Shown here piece by piece: positions 9,479 to 19,437 of a stretch of 64,000 bases of DNA. Position 1 is the stretch's first letter. Every line of letters begins with the position of its first letter. The notes under the pieces are model-generated. The model made no database searches. It was not told the origin of the DNA and saw only the letters and a list, made by a program, of their open reading frames with translations. The position numbers were made by a program, and so were the translations under genes. Source of the stretch: a virus; the IMG/VR virus record IMGVR_UViG_3300008516_000114, positions 25,684 to 89,683 of that record. One strand, given 5' to 3'.

Positions 9479-9835
9479 ATGGTTAGTCTTAAAAATTTTA
9501 AGGAATCTGACTTCTACTGTCCGTGTTGCGGAAAAGAGATAATGAATGATAGGTTTTTGATACAATTGCAAAAAGCAAGGTCTATTGCCAATGTTCCATT
9601 TGTTATTAATTCAGGATATAGATGTAAAAAACACAACAAAGAAGTTAGAGGGAAACCAACATCTTCGCATTTAAAAGGATTAGCGGTAGATATTATGGTT
9701 AAAAATTCCTGGATGCGCTATAAGATTTTGGAATCATTTATATCTGCGGAATTTAAAAGAATAGGTATTGGAAAAGGATTTATTCACGTTGACGCTGATA
9801 CCGATAAACCACAAGAAACAATCTGGTTATATTAA
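9479..9835 (+). CDS. Peptidase M15A family endolysin
   Basis: CPCCG, INSGYRC..HN, SSHLKGLAVD, FIHVD zinc-peptidase motifs. Confidence 0.93.
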   Translation: MVSLKNFKESDFYCPCCGKEIMNDRFLIQLQKARSIANVPFVINSGYRCKKHNKEVRGKPTSSHLKGLAVDIMVKNSWMRYKILESFISAEFKRIGIGKGFIHVDADTDKPQETIWLY

Positions 9836-9836
9836 A

Positions 9837-10289
9837 ATGAGTAGCATTACTGATTATAGCGACTTATATACTTTTGTCCGCCACGCAGCGGGCGATTTCG
9901 GTACATATAAAGACGGCAGTCGTGTCGGTGATTATAAATACCAGGATGATGTGATAGATAATGCTATTACTTACAATTTACTGAAGATGTCGAGTTATTC
10001 TAAGGTATCAGGTGCTGACCAGATTACACCGATAATGACAGATGATAATGATATAGGATATTTAATTAATCTCATAGCACTAAAACTTGTTATAGCAGAT
10101 TTATTGACAGCATATAAAACGAGAAACATGGCGGTAACGAAAGATTTGAAATATTTAATTGCGAATATATTACATGATCTCCAAACATTCAGTAATGTAA
10201 AAGGTTTAGTTCATGAAAAGGATGGAGCGCTGGAGATGCTATACGATCTACCAGATAGAATCAGTGATTTCGTTTCAGCGAATACATAA
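9837..10289 (+). CDS. Probable head-tail adaptor protein
   Basis: Helical protein at the start of the neck/tail block; ATG at 9837 preferred over the ORF-track start 9768. Confidence 0.5.
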   Translation: MSSITDYSDLYTFVRHAAGDFGTYKDGSRVGDYKYQDDVIDNAITYNLLKMSSYSKVSGADQITPIMTDDNDIGYLINLIALKLVIADLLTAYKTRNMAVTKDLKYLIANILHDLQTFSNVKGLVHEKDGALEMLYDLPDRISDFVSANT

Positions 10290-10306
10290 GAGAGGAGTAA
10301 TAAATA

Positions 10307-10690
10307 ATGAAGTTAAAATTTATATGTACGGATAAAGTGAAAAGAGAAGGGATAAGGATTTCTTATGGTGATAAGAGTTATAAAGAAGGCGATATCCTGA
10401 TAATTGATAGGGAAAAAGAGCAGGAATTTAGTTCAAGTTATATCAGGGGATATTTCAGATATATTGGGATTATACAACCTGATAAAAAAGTACTAGTAAC
10501 CAAGAAATCAGAAATAAAAACTAAGAAAAAAGAAAAATTAAAGACTAGGAAAAAAGAAACAAGAATTAAGAAAGATAAAAAGGCTTTGGGTATTCCTAAA
10601 GGATTTAAAAGGGATATCATAATTAATGAGAAGCCGGATATAAAGATTTATAATATTGAAAAGGAGGTTGAAGATGACAAGAACAACTAA
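10307..10690 (+). CDS. Lys-rich hypothetical protein
   Basis: GAGGAG RBS; YKEGDILII followed by a Lys-rich low-complexity tract. Confidence 0.65.
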   Translation: MKLKFICTDKVKREGIRISYGDKSYKEGDILIIDREKEQEFSSSYIRGYFRYIGIIQPDKKVLVTKKSEIKTKKKEKLKTRKKETRIKKDKKALGIPKGFKRDIIINEKPDIKIYNIEKEVEDDKNN

Positions 10691-11429
10691 CGTGAAAAAC
10701 CTTGAGGAAGGCCACTTATACGGATTAGTGGCGAATGCAAATGAACACAAATTTGGTGTGGTGCAGATTTTAAAAGTAACCGGAGCAGACGCAGTTACAG
10801 TTACAAATGGTGATGAATATTCGGATTTTCCAGCTATTTGTGGTGATGTGTATGGCTATGTAAGAACCATAACACCAATCACTGGTGGTGAAGATGAAAC
10901 CGATATTGTTGTTACTGTAGATGGTAACACGGCAACTATTCCTGCTGGTACACCTTCGGGGCGTGGTTTCGCATTAGCGGATGCAACTGATTTAACAGCA
11001 ACCCCAACTATCACAGGTGGTGTAGCCGGTGATATTCTTGAGATTGTATATGTACCTCAATTTGCAACATCAGATGAAATTGATTATGTAACTGATTTCG
11101 GAAGGACTTATCCCGATAAATATCGTGGTATCTATTACAGAGGCGAATTAAAGCATAGGAAGAGGATATGGAATGTTGAAAGCACATTATCATTTACCGC
11201 TTCATTCCTGAGTTTTGAACAAGTTATGCATCAATTTGCTAACCTGGAACACACATTACTTTTTGAAAGAAAAGATGATGGTGGTGCTACTGTATCCGAA
11301 AAGGAATATTACGGTAAATGTTTTGCAAAAGAACCTGATTTAACCGGTTCAGGTGGAGATACCGATACTACCAGTGCAACAGCAGTTAGATATGAAAGAT
11401 GGATGACGGTTGAGGACACACCTGCATAA
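10674..11429 (+). CDS. Probable major tail (tube) protein
   Basis: AAGGAGG RBS before ATG 10674; Thr/Gly-rich; upstream of chaperone and tape measure genes. Confidence 0.65.
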   Translation: MTRTTNVKNLEEGHLYGLVANANEHKFGVVQILKVTGADAVTVTNGDEYSDFPAICGDVYGYVRTITPITGGEDETDIVVTVDGNTATIPAGTPSGRGFALADATDLTATPTITGGVAGDILEIVYVPQFATSDEIDYVTDFGRTYPDKYRGIYYRGELKHRKRIWNVESTLSFTASFLSFEQVMHQFANLEHTLLFERKDDGGATVSEKEYYGKCFAKEPDLTGSGGDTDTTSATAVRYERWMTVEDTPA

Positions 11430-11455
11430 TGGACATATAAAATGCGAGGTGTACT

Positions 11456-11878
11456 TTGGGTAGAGTCGTTTTCGATCACGATAACGCATTGGTGAAGATA
11501 TATAAGCAGGACTCCGATGGGAGTAAGGGGGATGTGCAATCCGATGACTGGCTTTATGTACAGGGTATAAAATTAGTTGAGACACCGAAAATTAAAGCCA
11601 TCCCCCGTTTGTTTGCCAGTAGAAACAGGGTAGAAACGATAGGCTATGAACGGTTACTGACTATTGAAAAATTCCATTATTATAAAGTTAATGATTGGTC
11701 ACTTGCTAAAGATGTTGACCAGGATTATTGGATCGAGATTGTATTTACCGGAGATAATATAAATTATACAGAAACATATACCTGTAAATATTGCCGATAT
11801 AATGGACAATCATTAAATACAAGAGAAGACCCTGCTAACGATTTCAGTAAAGGTTGGATAGTAGGGACAATTACGTAA
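11456..11878 (+). CDS. Tail-tube-like structural protein
   Basis: TTG start with GAGGTG RBS; 140-aa beta protein in the tail block. Confidence 0.5.
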   Translation: MGRVVFDHDNALVKIYKQDSDGSKGDVQSDDWLYVQGIKLVETPKIKAIPRLFASRNRVETIGYERLLTIEKFHYYKVNDWSLAKDVDQDYWIEIVFTGDNINYTETYTCKYCRYNGQSLNTREDPANDFSKGWIVGTIT

Positions 11879-11893
11879 AAGAAGGAGAAATGT

Positions 11894-12397
11894 ATGAAAC
11901 CTGAAAATTATAAGTCAAAAAAAGATGGTACAATCATCCATGTTGAATCTCTGGAGATTATTCCAGAGAGGGAGAGTGAGATAGTTTCTATCAAACATAG
12001 GAATGTGATTTGGGAATGGAAAGTCTGGAATTTAACAGGCTTAGAATTTCAGCAATTGCAAAGGGATAAAGATAAACGGAGAAATAAATTAGATGCCGAG
12101 AAACCTAAACCGCCAACAAGATTAGAAAAGAATAAAGATATTCCGGTATTAGATGATAAAAAATATCTAAAAGATATGGCTGAATTTAGTGATAAGGAAT
12201 TGGAATTAGGTATATGGTATGAATACAGAATCCTGGAAATGGGTCTTTTTGAATGTAATAAATGGACAACCGAAGGTGAAACAGAAAAGTCAAGAATAGA
12301 ATACATGCAAAAAAAGGTCGGTGCTTTCTGGCTGAAATTGATAGGTAGAATATTAGCTATTAGTATTGTAACCGATGGTGATATCCAAAGTTTTTAG
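11894..12397 (+). CDS. Tail assembly chaperone (lambda gpG analogue)
   Basis: Position; ends AGT TTT TAG with the next ORF open in the -1 frame. Confidence 0.75.
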   Translation: MKPENYKSKKDGTIIHVESLEIIPERESEIVSIKHRNVIWEWKVWNLTGLEFQQLQRDKDKRRNKLDAEKPKPPTRLEKNKDIPVLDDKKYLKDMAEFSDKELELGIWYEYRILEMGLFECNKWTTEGETEKSRIEYMQKKVGAFWLKLIGRILAISIVTDGDIQSF

Positions 12398-12399
12398 AT

Positions 12400-12612
12400 A
12401 TGCTCCTGCCTGAAAAGGTAAAAAAGTATAAGCCTAAAAAAAAGAAAGGCGAAAAGCAGGTGAATATAGGAATTAAATACAGAGAAATGAGAACAGCGGA
12501 AAGTTTCGGGAAACTACCACATGAATTTTATAACGCTCCTAAATGGAGTCAGGTACTTGCTATCGCTTTCTTTGAGGCAAAACAGAAAATCGAATCCTAT
12601 TTGAGTGATTAA
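12400..12612 (+). CDS. Tail chaperone frameshift extension (gpT analogue)
   Basis: No RBS before ATG 12400; reachable by a -1 slip at TTTT 12391-12394; FGKLPHEFY motif. Confidence 0.7.
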   Translation: MLLPEKVKKYKPKKKKGEKQVNIGIKYREMRTAESFGKLPHEFYNAPKWSQVLAIAFFEAKQKIESYLSD

Positions 12613-12615
12613 GAG

Positions 12616-13335
12616 ATGCAGTATTTATCGGATTGGGAAGTAAGGAATATAAGAATGGGAATAGGGGATATGATATATTCCGGTGAGGCACAGATAATAC
12701 GTTTAGAATGGTTTGGCACGGATACCAGTGAGGGCAATGTCTATGTAGCACGCTCAGGCGGGAGCATTGATGTTTTAACAACGGGATACAATAAATATTT
12801 CAGAGATACACCACAGACTATTAGCGATGGATCGTGGTATCTATATACGGAGGATAATATTTCCGCATATATTCATATAGTAGATGAATTCGATACAAGA
12901 CAATTTGATAATCAGAAAATAGTTATTGGCGATACGCTTATTTATATGAAGACGAGTTTGAATTTATATAAACGTGATAAACTCCGGGTAGTGCATTTAC
13001 TTGATACTGAAAAGGTAACAGGCACAGGCACGGGCAGCGGGTCTAACTGGTTAGACGAATCTGCTTCATGGGATACAAATAAGTATAAAGGATTCTGGTT
13101 AGTATTTTCAGATAGGCGTTTTTTGATAATAGCGAATACAGGAACACAATTAACGGTAAATCTTGATGGTTATACATTACCAGCATCGGGAAGTTATACT
13201 ATACAACCTTGTATCGAATATTCCACAAAGATAATTAATCCTGATCTGGCTGATGGATTAAGTGTACCGTTTGGTGATGAAATACCTTTTCAGGTTTTGG
13301 TTTGTGAGAGGGTGGAGCAGAGTGGAGTGCGATGA
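12616..13335 (+). CDS. Probable neck/head-closure protein with inserted beta domain
   Basis: IGDTLIYM-like segment plus a WDTNKYKG...IIANTGTQLTV module. Confidence 0.45.
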   Translation: MQYLSDWEVRNIRMGIGDMIYSGEAQIIRLEWFGTDTSEGNVYVARSGGSIDVLTTGYNKYFRDTPQTISDGSWYLYTEDNISAYIHIVDEFDTRQFDNQKIVIGDTLIYMKTSLNLYKRDKLRVVHLLDTEKVTGTGTGSGSNWLDESASWDTNKYKGFWLVFSDRRFLIIANTGTQLTVNLDGYTLPASGSYTIQPCIEYSTKIINPDLADGLSVPFGDEIPFQVLVCERVEQSGVR

Positions 13336-13338
13336 TGA

Positions 13339-13373
13339 AATTTTTAATTTTTAATTGTTAATTATTAATTGGT
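13339..13373. repeat. Five-unit AATTNNN heptad array, copy 2
   Basis: AATT at 13339, 13346, 13353, 13360, 13367. Confidence 0.85.
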
Positions 13374-13379
13374 GGAAAG

Positions 13380-13862
13380 ATGGGAATAACAACAACATTG
13401 AGTATTGCGAATCTTGATTACACAATGAATATGATTTTGGTCGAATGGCTTTCGGATAGTAATTGCTTTGGGGATCCAGAATCCGAATTGAGAATTGGTA
13501 ATGTTGTTATTGGCATTATTGAATATACAGGTGCATTAAATCGTCCTGAAATAAATGTTGAAATTATTCCGATAGGAATTAGATCAACAGGAGCGGGAGA
13601 ATGTGGTGAAAGAAAGGAATTCCGTACCTATAATGCGCATATAAGGATTATAACCGCAAAAGGTAGTTTTAAATATGCTGGTGATATAGGTTCAATACAG
13701 TTAGGTGACATATTGATGGAATATTATAGAAATGCAACAGCCGGTAAAGTGGCATTAGCACAGGCGGGATTGAGGAAAAATAGATTGAATGGTGGGTTTC
13801 CGTCAAATGATGGGAATTATATTTATAACGACTTTTATCTCACCTTTGAGGTTTTAGTATGA
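13380..13862 (+). CDS. Probable tail terminator/completion protein
   Basis: 160 aa, ends in a beta strand (FYLTFEVLV); position in the tail block. Confidence 0.5.
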   Translation: MGITTTLSIANLDYTMNMILVEWLSDSNCFGDPESELRIGNVVIGIIEYTGALNRPEINVEIIPIGIRSTGAGECGERKEFRTYNAHIRIITAKGSFKYAGDIGSIQLGDILMEYYRNATAGKVALAQAGLRKNRLNGGFPSNDGNYIYNDFYLTFEVLV

Positions 13863-14332
13863 TTGCTTATGAAGATAATGTAGCACAGGTAATGGTTTCA
13901 TTAACCAAAAAGCAATCGGCATTGCTTGATTGGAATAAATTCTTGAAAAAAAGAAAAAATGAATATAAAGGAAATGCCAAAAATATTGTTTTGATTGATA
14001 TCTATTCCTATCCCGAAAATCCTAAATATAAGAGAAGTATGGATACATTGAATAGTGTCGATACGGATATACCAGAGAAAAACACTTTAAGAGTATTCCT
14101 TAACCCGGCATTAGCAACAAGGAATAAGAGATTTCCAGGATTACAGAGTTATGCTTACCTGATGGGTAAAGCAGAGGCGGGATTTAGATATTATCCAGCA
14201 TTTGTCAGGCGTGGCATATTCTTTAAGAAACGTGGTGAGCCGAGAGATTTTTTGGTATCATGGCATGATAGAATTGGGAAAGTATTTAAGGAAGATGTGA
14301 ATAAAGAGATTAAAAAGGCATTAAAGAAATAA
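13859..14332 (+). CDS. Probable neck/tail-completion protein (HK97 gp10-like)
   Basis: Basic; Y.AFV..G......PRDFL pattern. Confidence 0.5.
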   Translation: MIAYEDNVAQVMVSLTKKQSALLDWNKFLKKRKNEYKGNAKNIVLIDIYSYPENPKYKRSMDTLNSVDTDIPEKNTLRVFLNPALATRNKRFPGLQSYAYLMGKAEAGFRYYPAFVRRGIFFKKRGEPRDFLVSWHDRIGKVFKEDVNKEIKKALKK

Positions 14333-17300
14333 TGGAAAATACTGATATTATACAATTATTGCTGAAAGTAAATGCTACAGAAGCCAAAAAAATTGATAAA
14401 ATCACGGGCTATCTGGCTAAACAAAAAGCAATGTTGAAATTATTATCAAAAGAGAGGGATAAAGCATTTCAACCCAAAGCTATAAATCAATATTCTAAGG
14501 CAATTGGGCATACAAAAAACAATATTGAAAAGCTTACTACTGAAGTTGAAAAATCAACAAAGGGATTCTTAGGACTTGGACAAACACTTGGTTATACTGC
14601 TAAAAAAGTTGCTATGTGGACTATATCTACGGGTATGATTTATGGAACTTTAAGAGCTTTAAAATCGGGTATTGCCACTATTTCTATGGTAGATAGCAAA
14701 ATGGTGGATTTACAGAAAGTATTTATCGGCACATCCGGCGAATTAAAAATGCTTAAAGCCGATATAATGGATGAATCTATTGCAATGGGATCGCTTATTG
14801 ATACCACTATGGATGCTGCAATTGAATTAGGTAGAATGGGCAAGACAAGAACAGAGATAAGCACATTAATGAGAACTTCATTGCTTGCTCAGAATATAGC
14901 AGAGATAGAAGCTTCCGATGCCACGAAATATTTAAACGCAGCAATATTGCAATTCAATAAAATAGCCGATGATTCTATCACTATTTTAGATCAATGGAAT
15001 CAGCTCAGCAATCAGATGCCAGTAAGAACGATAGATTTTGCACAAGCGGTATCAGCAACGGGCTCTGTTATGCAGCAGGCGGGTGCTGAAATAGAGGATT
15101 TGAATGCTTATGTTGCAACACTATCAGCTTCAATGGCAAAAAGTGGGCGTGAGATAGGGCAGGCATTGAAAACAATTACCAGTTATGCTTATCGTCCGGC
15201 AACAAGGGTAAAAATTAAAGATATTCTGGATATCGATGTTAAGGATATAAGAGGCAATTTGATAGATATAGATGAATTGCTTTTAAGAGTGGCGTCAAGC
15301 TGGGATACATTGAGAGAATCAGAACAGGAAGAGCTGGCGCAGAGCATTGCAGGAGTAAGAAGAAAAGCATTCTTTTTGAGTTTAATGGAGAATTTTGATC
15401 TTGTATTAGAAGCACATGCCAAACAATGGGATGCAGCAGGTTCAGCATATCAGGAAAATGAAATTAGATTATCTTCATTAAAAACGAAAGTAGAACAATT
15501 ACAGGCAGCATTACAAAAATTATCAGTACAGGGTGGGGATACGGGATTACTTGGATTAATGAAAAAAACAATAGATAATTCAAGAATATTAGTAGAAAAT
15601 TTTGAAGATATGAATGGTACTTTGCAAATTTTAGCAACTGTTGGTATTCCAATAACTTTGACTGGAATAGCATTATTGATGAAAAAGATAACTTTTTTAA
15701 ATGCTATTATGAGTGTTACAATGGGAAAACTTACTATTTGGATTGCTGTTATTGGCGGAACTCTTTATGGATTAAACAAATTATCGAAAGCACTTGCTGG
15801 CAATGCTGCTAAATTGCGTGAACAAAGGAGAGAAATAGAAAAAAGTATAGATAAAATAAGAATCCAAAAACAAGAACAGAAGGCATTAATAGATCAATAT
15901 GAATTATACAAACAGGCTTTTGATGTTTATGATGAATTAAGGAAAAAGGGAGAAGATACTACCGAAGCAGAGAAGAATCTTAAAAAGGTTTTGGAAGAAA
16001 TAAATAAATTAAATCCTGAATTGGTAGAATCTACAGATAGTTATACTAAATCATTGAAAAGATTTGAGGGATGGGTTAATAAAGCAAGAAAAGCAATAGA
16101 AGAATTGACAAGAACAGAACTGGAAAGACGTGAAGAAAGTATTTTAGCAGGTTTTGAATTTAGAACTGACGATTTAAGAAGATCATTTAATTTAGCAATG
16201 GCCGAATTTTCTGGAGAATGGGAAGATTTCCCTGGATTATTCAAATGGATTCCTGATTTTGCTAAGTGGGCACAACCAATATTAGGTTCACTTGGATTAG
16301 GCGATGAATTTATGGTTCTCACAGAAAATGAAATGACAAAGTTCTTTGGAAGATTACAAAAAACATATCAAGAAGATTTAAAAGCATTACCAGGAGATAC
16401 AATTGATTTATTAAAAGAGAAATATGGGAAATATGATAAAGTTATTACAGAATTAACTAGGAAAAGAACAGATTTACATATAGCATCAAAAGGACAATTA
16501 ACTGATGAAATCAAAGCAGTTGATACTGTTTTAAATTTATTACAAGAACAAAAAAGTGATTTAAAAGATTTAATAAATATACGTAAAAGAGTTGCGGATA
16601 TAGGTAAACCCAAACCATCAGAGCTTAAAAAGCCTGAAGATTGGGTATCATCAGAAGATAGAGAAGCATTAATGAAATTGGAGGAATCACATGCTCTTGC
16701 TATGGCAAAATTGCGTGACAAAGAACTTGAATACTGGAGAGAAAGATTAAGAACTCATAAATATGATGGTATTGTAGAAGAACAGGAAATAAAAAATAGA
16801 ATTGAATATTTAGTCGTACAAAAGAAAATAAAAGACGAAACAGATACAAAGAGAGAAAAAGAGAAGGAAGCACTAAAGATACTAAGAGAGCAGAAAAAAA
16901 TATTAAATGAGCAAAAACGGATATATGAGAGAATAAACGAAGAAGTACGCAAAGCACAATTGCAAATCGATACTGCAATGAAATTACAATCAAGATTTGC
17001 AGGATATGACCTTACCAGGTCTGGTGCTTATGCTTTATTAGATATGCCTGATTATGGGGCTGGATTAAGAAGAGCAAAAGCAAAGAAAGAAGCAGCCTAT
17101 AAAGGAATAGGAGAAGTAAGCGGGGGCTTGATAGAACCAAGAACAATAACTTCATTAAAAGATATTAAATTAACCTCAGAATGGGCAAAAGCGAATCTTT
17201 TTGATGAAGATTATAAAGAATTGGGCAGATATTTAGGGGATTTATCAGATTCATTTGCCGATATAGAAGAAGAGCAAAAAAAATATGATATAGCAATACA

Positions 17301-18279
17301 AGAAGGATTAGAAACTGAAAAATTAAGAAAACAATTAATAGCCGATGAGGCAAAATATTTTTCCGATGAACAATTAATTCAAGAACAAATTAAATATTAT
17401 AATGAACTTATATTAGAAGATAAAACAAAAATTAAGGAAATTGAAGATTCAAATTTAAGTACAGAAGAAAAAGTATTAATCATTGAATCGCTTAGATTAG
17501 ATATTGGAGCAAAAAATCTTGGAATATTAAAATTACAAAACGAACAGGATAGGATAGCAATACAGCAAAAAAGGCGAATTCATGCACAGATTGTTAATAC
17601 TTTAAACCAGGTAATAAGAGATTGGTCGGCAGGTAGAAGGGGTGCAGAAGTAGGAGCAGATTTTGCCGAAGGTATGGGTGAAGCCATAGGATTAAAATTA
17701 GCAACCGAATTAGGTAAATCTATTGCTGGTGAAGGTGCAAGTTTAATAGGTAATCTTATAGGAAATACAATTTTACCAAGTATTGGGGGAACTCTCGGTT
17801 CATTAATATTTGGTGAAATTGGAAAACTAATCGGCTGGGAGCGTGAAGAGCCTAAATCGAGAGTAGAGGAAGCATTAGAAGAAAACACAAGGGCATTAAG
17901 AGAGAACACACAGACATTTCAGGATTTTCAAGAGCGATTTATTAATGCACCAATAGGATTTGTGTTACCACCTGCCGCAAGGGGTAGTTTACCCAGGTTT
18001 CAGAACGAGGGTGTAGTAAAGAGAACCGGTGGGGCTATAGTACACAAAGACGAAGTAATATTAAGAGCGAGCAACCTTGAGAGAATATTGAGCAAGCGTG
18101 GCGAGCAGACCATTTCTTCATCGCAGGTAAATAGTACGGCAATGACATTCCAGTTTGGGAATATAAATATCAATAATCCAAGCAGCAATCTTGATATAAA
18201 GAGGGGACTTGAATCTGGCATGAATGAAATATTTAATGGCGGTATGCTCAGATATGCGAACGTATCATCGGAATATTAA
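14332..18279 (+). CDS. Tail tape measure protein
   Basis: 1315 aa helical; TP901-like core (ELGRMG, IGQALKTI, LAQSIAG); C-terminal PRFQNEGVV...VHKDEVIL. Confidence 0.95.
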   Translation: MENTDIIQLLLKVNATEAKKIDKITGYLAKQKAMLKLLSKERDKAFQPKAINQYSKAIGHTKNNIEKLTTEVEKSTKGFLGLGQTLGYTAKKVAMWTISTGMIYGTLRALKSGIATISMVDSKMVDLQKVFIGTSGELKMLKADIMDESIAMGSLIDTTMDAAIELGRMGKTRTEISTLMRTSLLAQNIAEIEASDATKYLNAAILQFNKIADDSITILDQWNQLSNQMPVRTIDFAQAVSATGSVMQQAGAEIEDLNAYVATLSASMAKSGREIGQALKTITSYAYRPATRVKIKDILDIDVKDIRGNLIDIDELLLRVASSWDTLRESEQEELAQSIAGVRRKAFFLSLMENFDLVLEAHAKQWDAAGSAYQENEIRLSSLKTKVEQLQAALQKLSVQGGDTGLLGLMKKTIDNSRILVENFEDMNGTLQILATVGIPITLTGIALLMKKITFLNAIMSVTMGKLTIWIAVIGGTLYGLNKLSKALAGNAAKLREQRREIEKSIDKIRIQKQEQKALIDQYELYKQAFDVYDELRKKGEDTTEAEKNLKKVLEEINKLNPELVESTDSYTKSLKRFEGWVNKARKAIEELTRTELERREESILAGFEFRTDDLRRSFNLAMAEFSGEWEDFPGLFKWIPDFAKWAQPILGSLGLGDEFMVLTENEMTKFFGRLQKTYQEDLKALPGDTIDLLKEKYGKYDKVITELTRKRTDLHIASKGQLTDEIKAVDTVLNLLQEQKSDLKDLINIRKRVADIGKPKPSELKKPEDWVSSEDREALMKLEESHALAMAKLRDKELEYWRERLRTHKYDGIVEEQEIKNRIEYLVVQKKIKDETDTKREKEKEALKILREQKKILNEQKRIYERINEEVRKAQLQIDTAMKLQSRFAGYDLTRSGAYALLDMPDYGAGLRRAKAKKEAAYKGIGEVSGGLIEPRTITSLKDIKLTSEWAKANLFDEDYKELGRYLGDLSDSFADIEEEQKKYDIAIQEGLETEKLRKQLIADEAKYFSDEQLIQEQIKYYNELILEDKTKIKEIEDSNLSTEEKVLIIESLRLDIGAKNLGILKLQNEQDRIAIQQKRRIHAQIVNTLNQVIRDWSAGRRGAEVGADFAEGMGEAIGLKLATELGKSIAGEGASLIGNLIGNTILPSIGGTLGSLIFGEIGKLIGWEREEPKSRVEEALEENTRALRENTQTFQDFQERFINAPIGFVLPPAARGSLPRFQNEGVVKRTGGAIVHKDEVILRASNLERILSKRGEQTISSSQVNSTAMTFQFGNININNPSSNLDIKRGLESGMNEIFNGGMLRYANVSSEY

Positions 18280-18293
18280 AAGAGGAGATATGT

Positions 18294-19436
18294 ATGAATG
18301 ATATAATACCTAAGAACATTGAAGAGTATTTTAAAGAAAATCCCGGGGTAGGGCGAATAAGACTGGGGAATGAATTTAATATACCACAACAGGAGGCGAG
18401 GTTTTATTGTAGTATTTTTAAGGGTACTTATAATAAAGATAGTGATTTTGATTGTAGAAATACAAATATTAAAAAAGAACAATTAATTAAAATTTTAAAA
18501 TCTGAAAAATATTCTGTTGAAGATTTAAGCAATAGATTAAAAATAATCCCTGCGGAAACAAGGGAATTGCTACAACAATTAAAAGATGAAAAATATAATC
18601 TTCATATACATGATGGTAAATATGAATTATCTAAAGAGTTAAAATCCTCTTATAAAAGAAGTTTGAATATATCACATTGGCAGAATAATAAGATTAAATT
18701 TGGATTCGTTGCCGATACGCATTTAGGAAGTAAATATGAACGTTTAGATGCATTGAATCTAACATACGATATTTTTCAAGATGAAGGTATTGAATTGGTG
18801 TATCATGGAGGTAATTTTATTGATGGTGAATCCCGATTTAATAAATATGAAATTCACATTATTGGTATGACACCACAGGTAGAATATTTTATTAACAATT
18901 ACCCTAAACGTGAAAATATCATTACAAAATTCATCTCTGGTGACGATCATGAAGGCTGGTATGTACAGCGTGAGCGTATAAACATTGGCGAATATGTTCA
19001 ATTAAAAGCAGAACAAGCAAATAGAGATGATCTTGAATATATAGGACATGTTGAAGTTGATATTGAATTAGAAGGAATAGAAGGCAATTCTTGGATTCGA
19101 CTAATGCATGGTGGCGGTGGTTCAGCTTATGCTTTATCATATACACCACAAAAAATCGTTGAGTCATATTCGGGAGGAGAAAAGCCAAGAGTTTTACTGC
19201 TCGGACATTATCACAAATTAGATTATTGCTACCCAAGAGAAGTACATGTAATACAAATGGGAAGTTTCCAAGACCAAACTATCTGGTCACGAAAGAAAAA
19301 AATACAATCTCATATAGGTGGCGGAATTCTTGAAATGAATCAAGCACCCGATGGAACAATAAATAGAGTAAAGGTAGAATTTATCACCTTTTTCGATAAA
19401 GGATTTTATAAAGGCAAAGACAAATATTGGAAATAG
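18294..19436 (+). CDS. Calcineurin-like metallophosphoesterase with N-terminal HTH
   Basis: ADTHLGS, HGGNFIDG, SGDDHE, MHG and GHYH motifs. Confidence 0.88.
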   Translation: MNDIIPKNIEEYFKENPGVGRIRLGNEFNIPQQEARFYCSIFKGTYNKDSDFDCRNTNIKKEQLIKILKSEKYSVEDLSNRLKIIPAETRELLQQLKDEKYNLHIHDGKYELSKELKSSYKRSLNISHWQNNKIKFGFVADTHLGSKYERLDALNLTYDIFQDEGIELVYHGGNFIDGESRFNKYEIHIIGMTPQVEYFINNYPKRENIITKFISGDDHEGWYVQRERINIGEYVQLKAEQANRDDLEYIGHVEVDIELEGIEGNSWIRLMHGGGGSAYALSYTPQKIVESYSGGEKPRVLLLGHYHKLDYCYPREVHVIQMGSFQDQTIWSRKKKIQSHIGGGILEMNQAPDGTINRVKVEFITFFDKGFYKGKDKYWK

Positions 19437-19437
19437 A

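Noticed and set aside
14640-18221. Numerous minus-strand ORFs opposite the tape measure and other long genes
   Set aside because: Antisense shadows without RBS or recognisable motifs.
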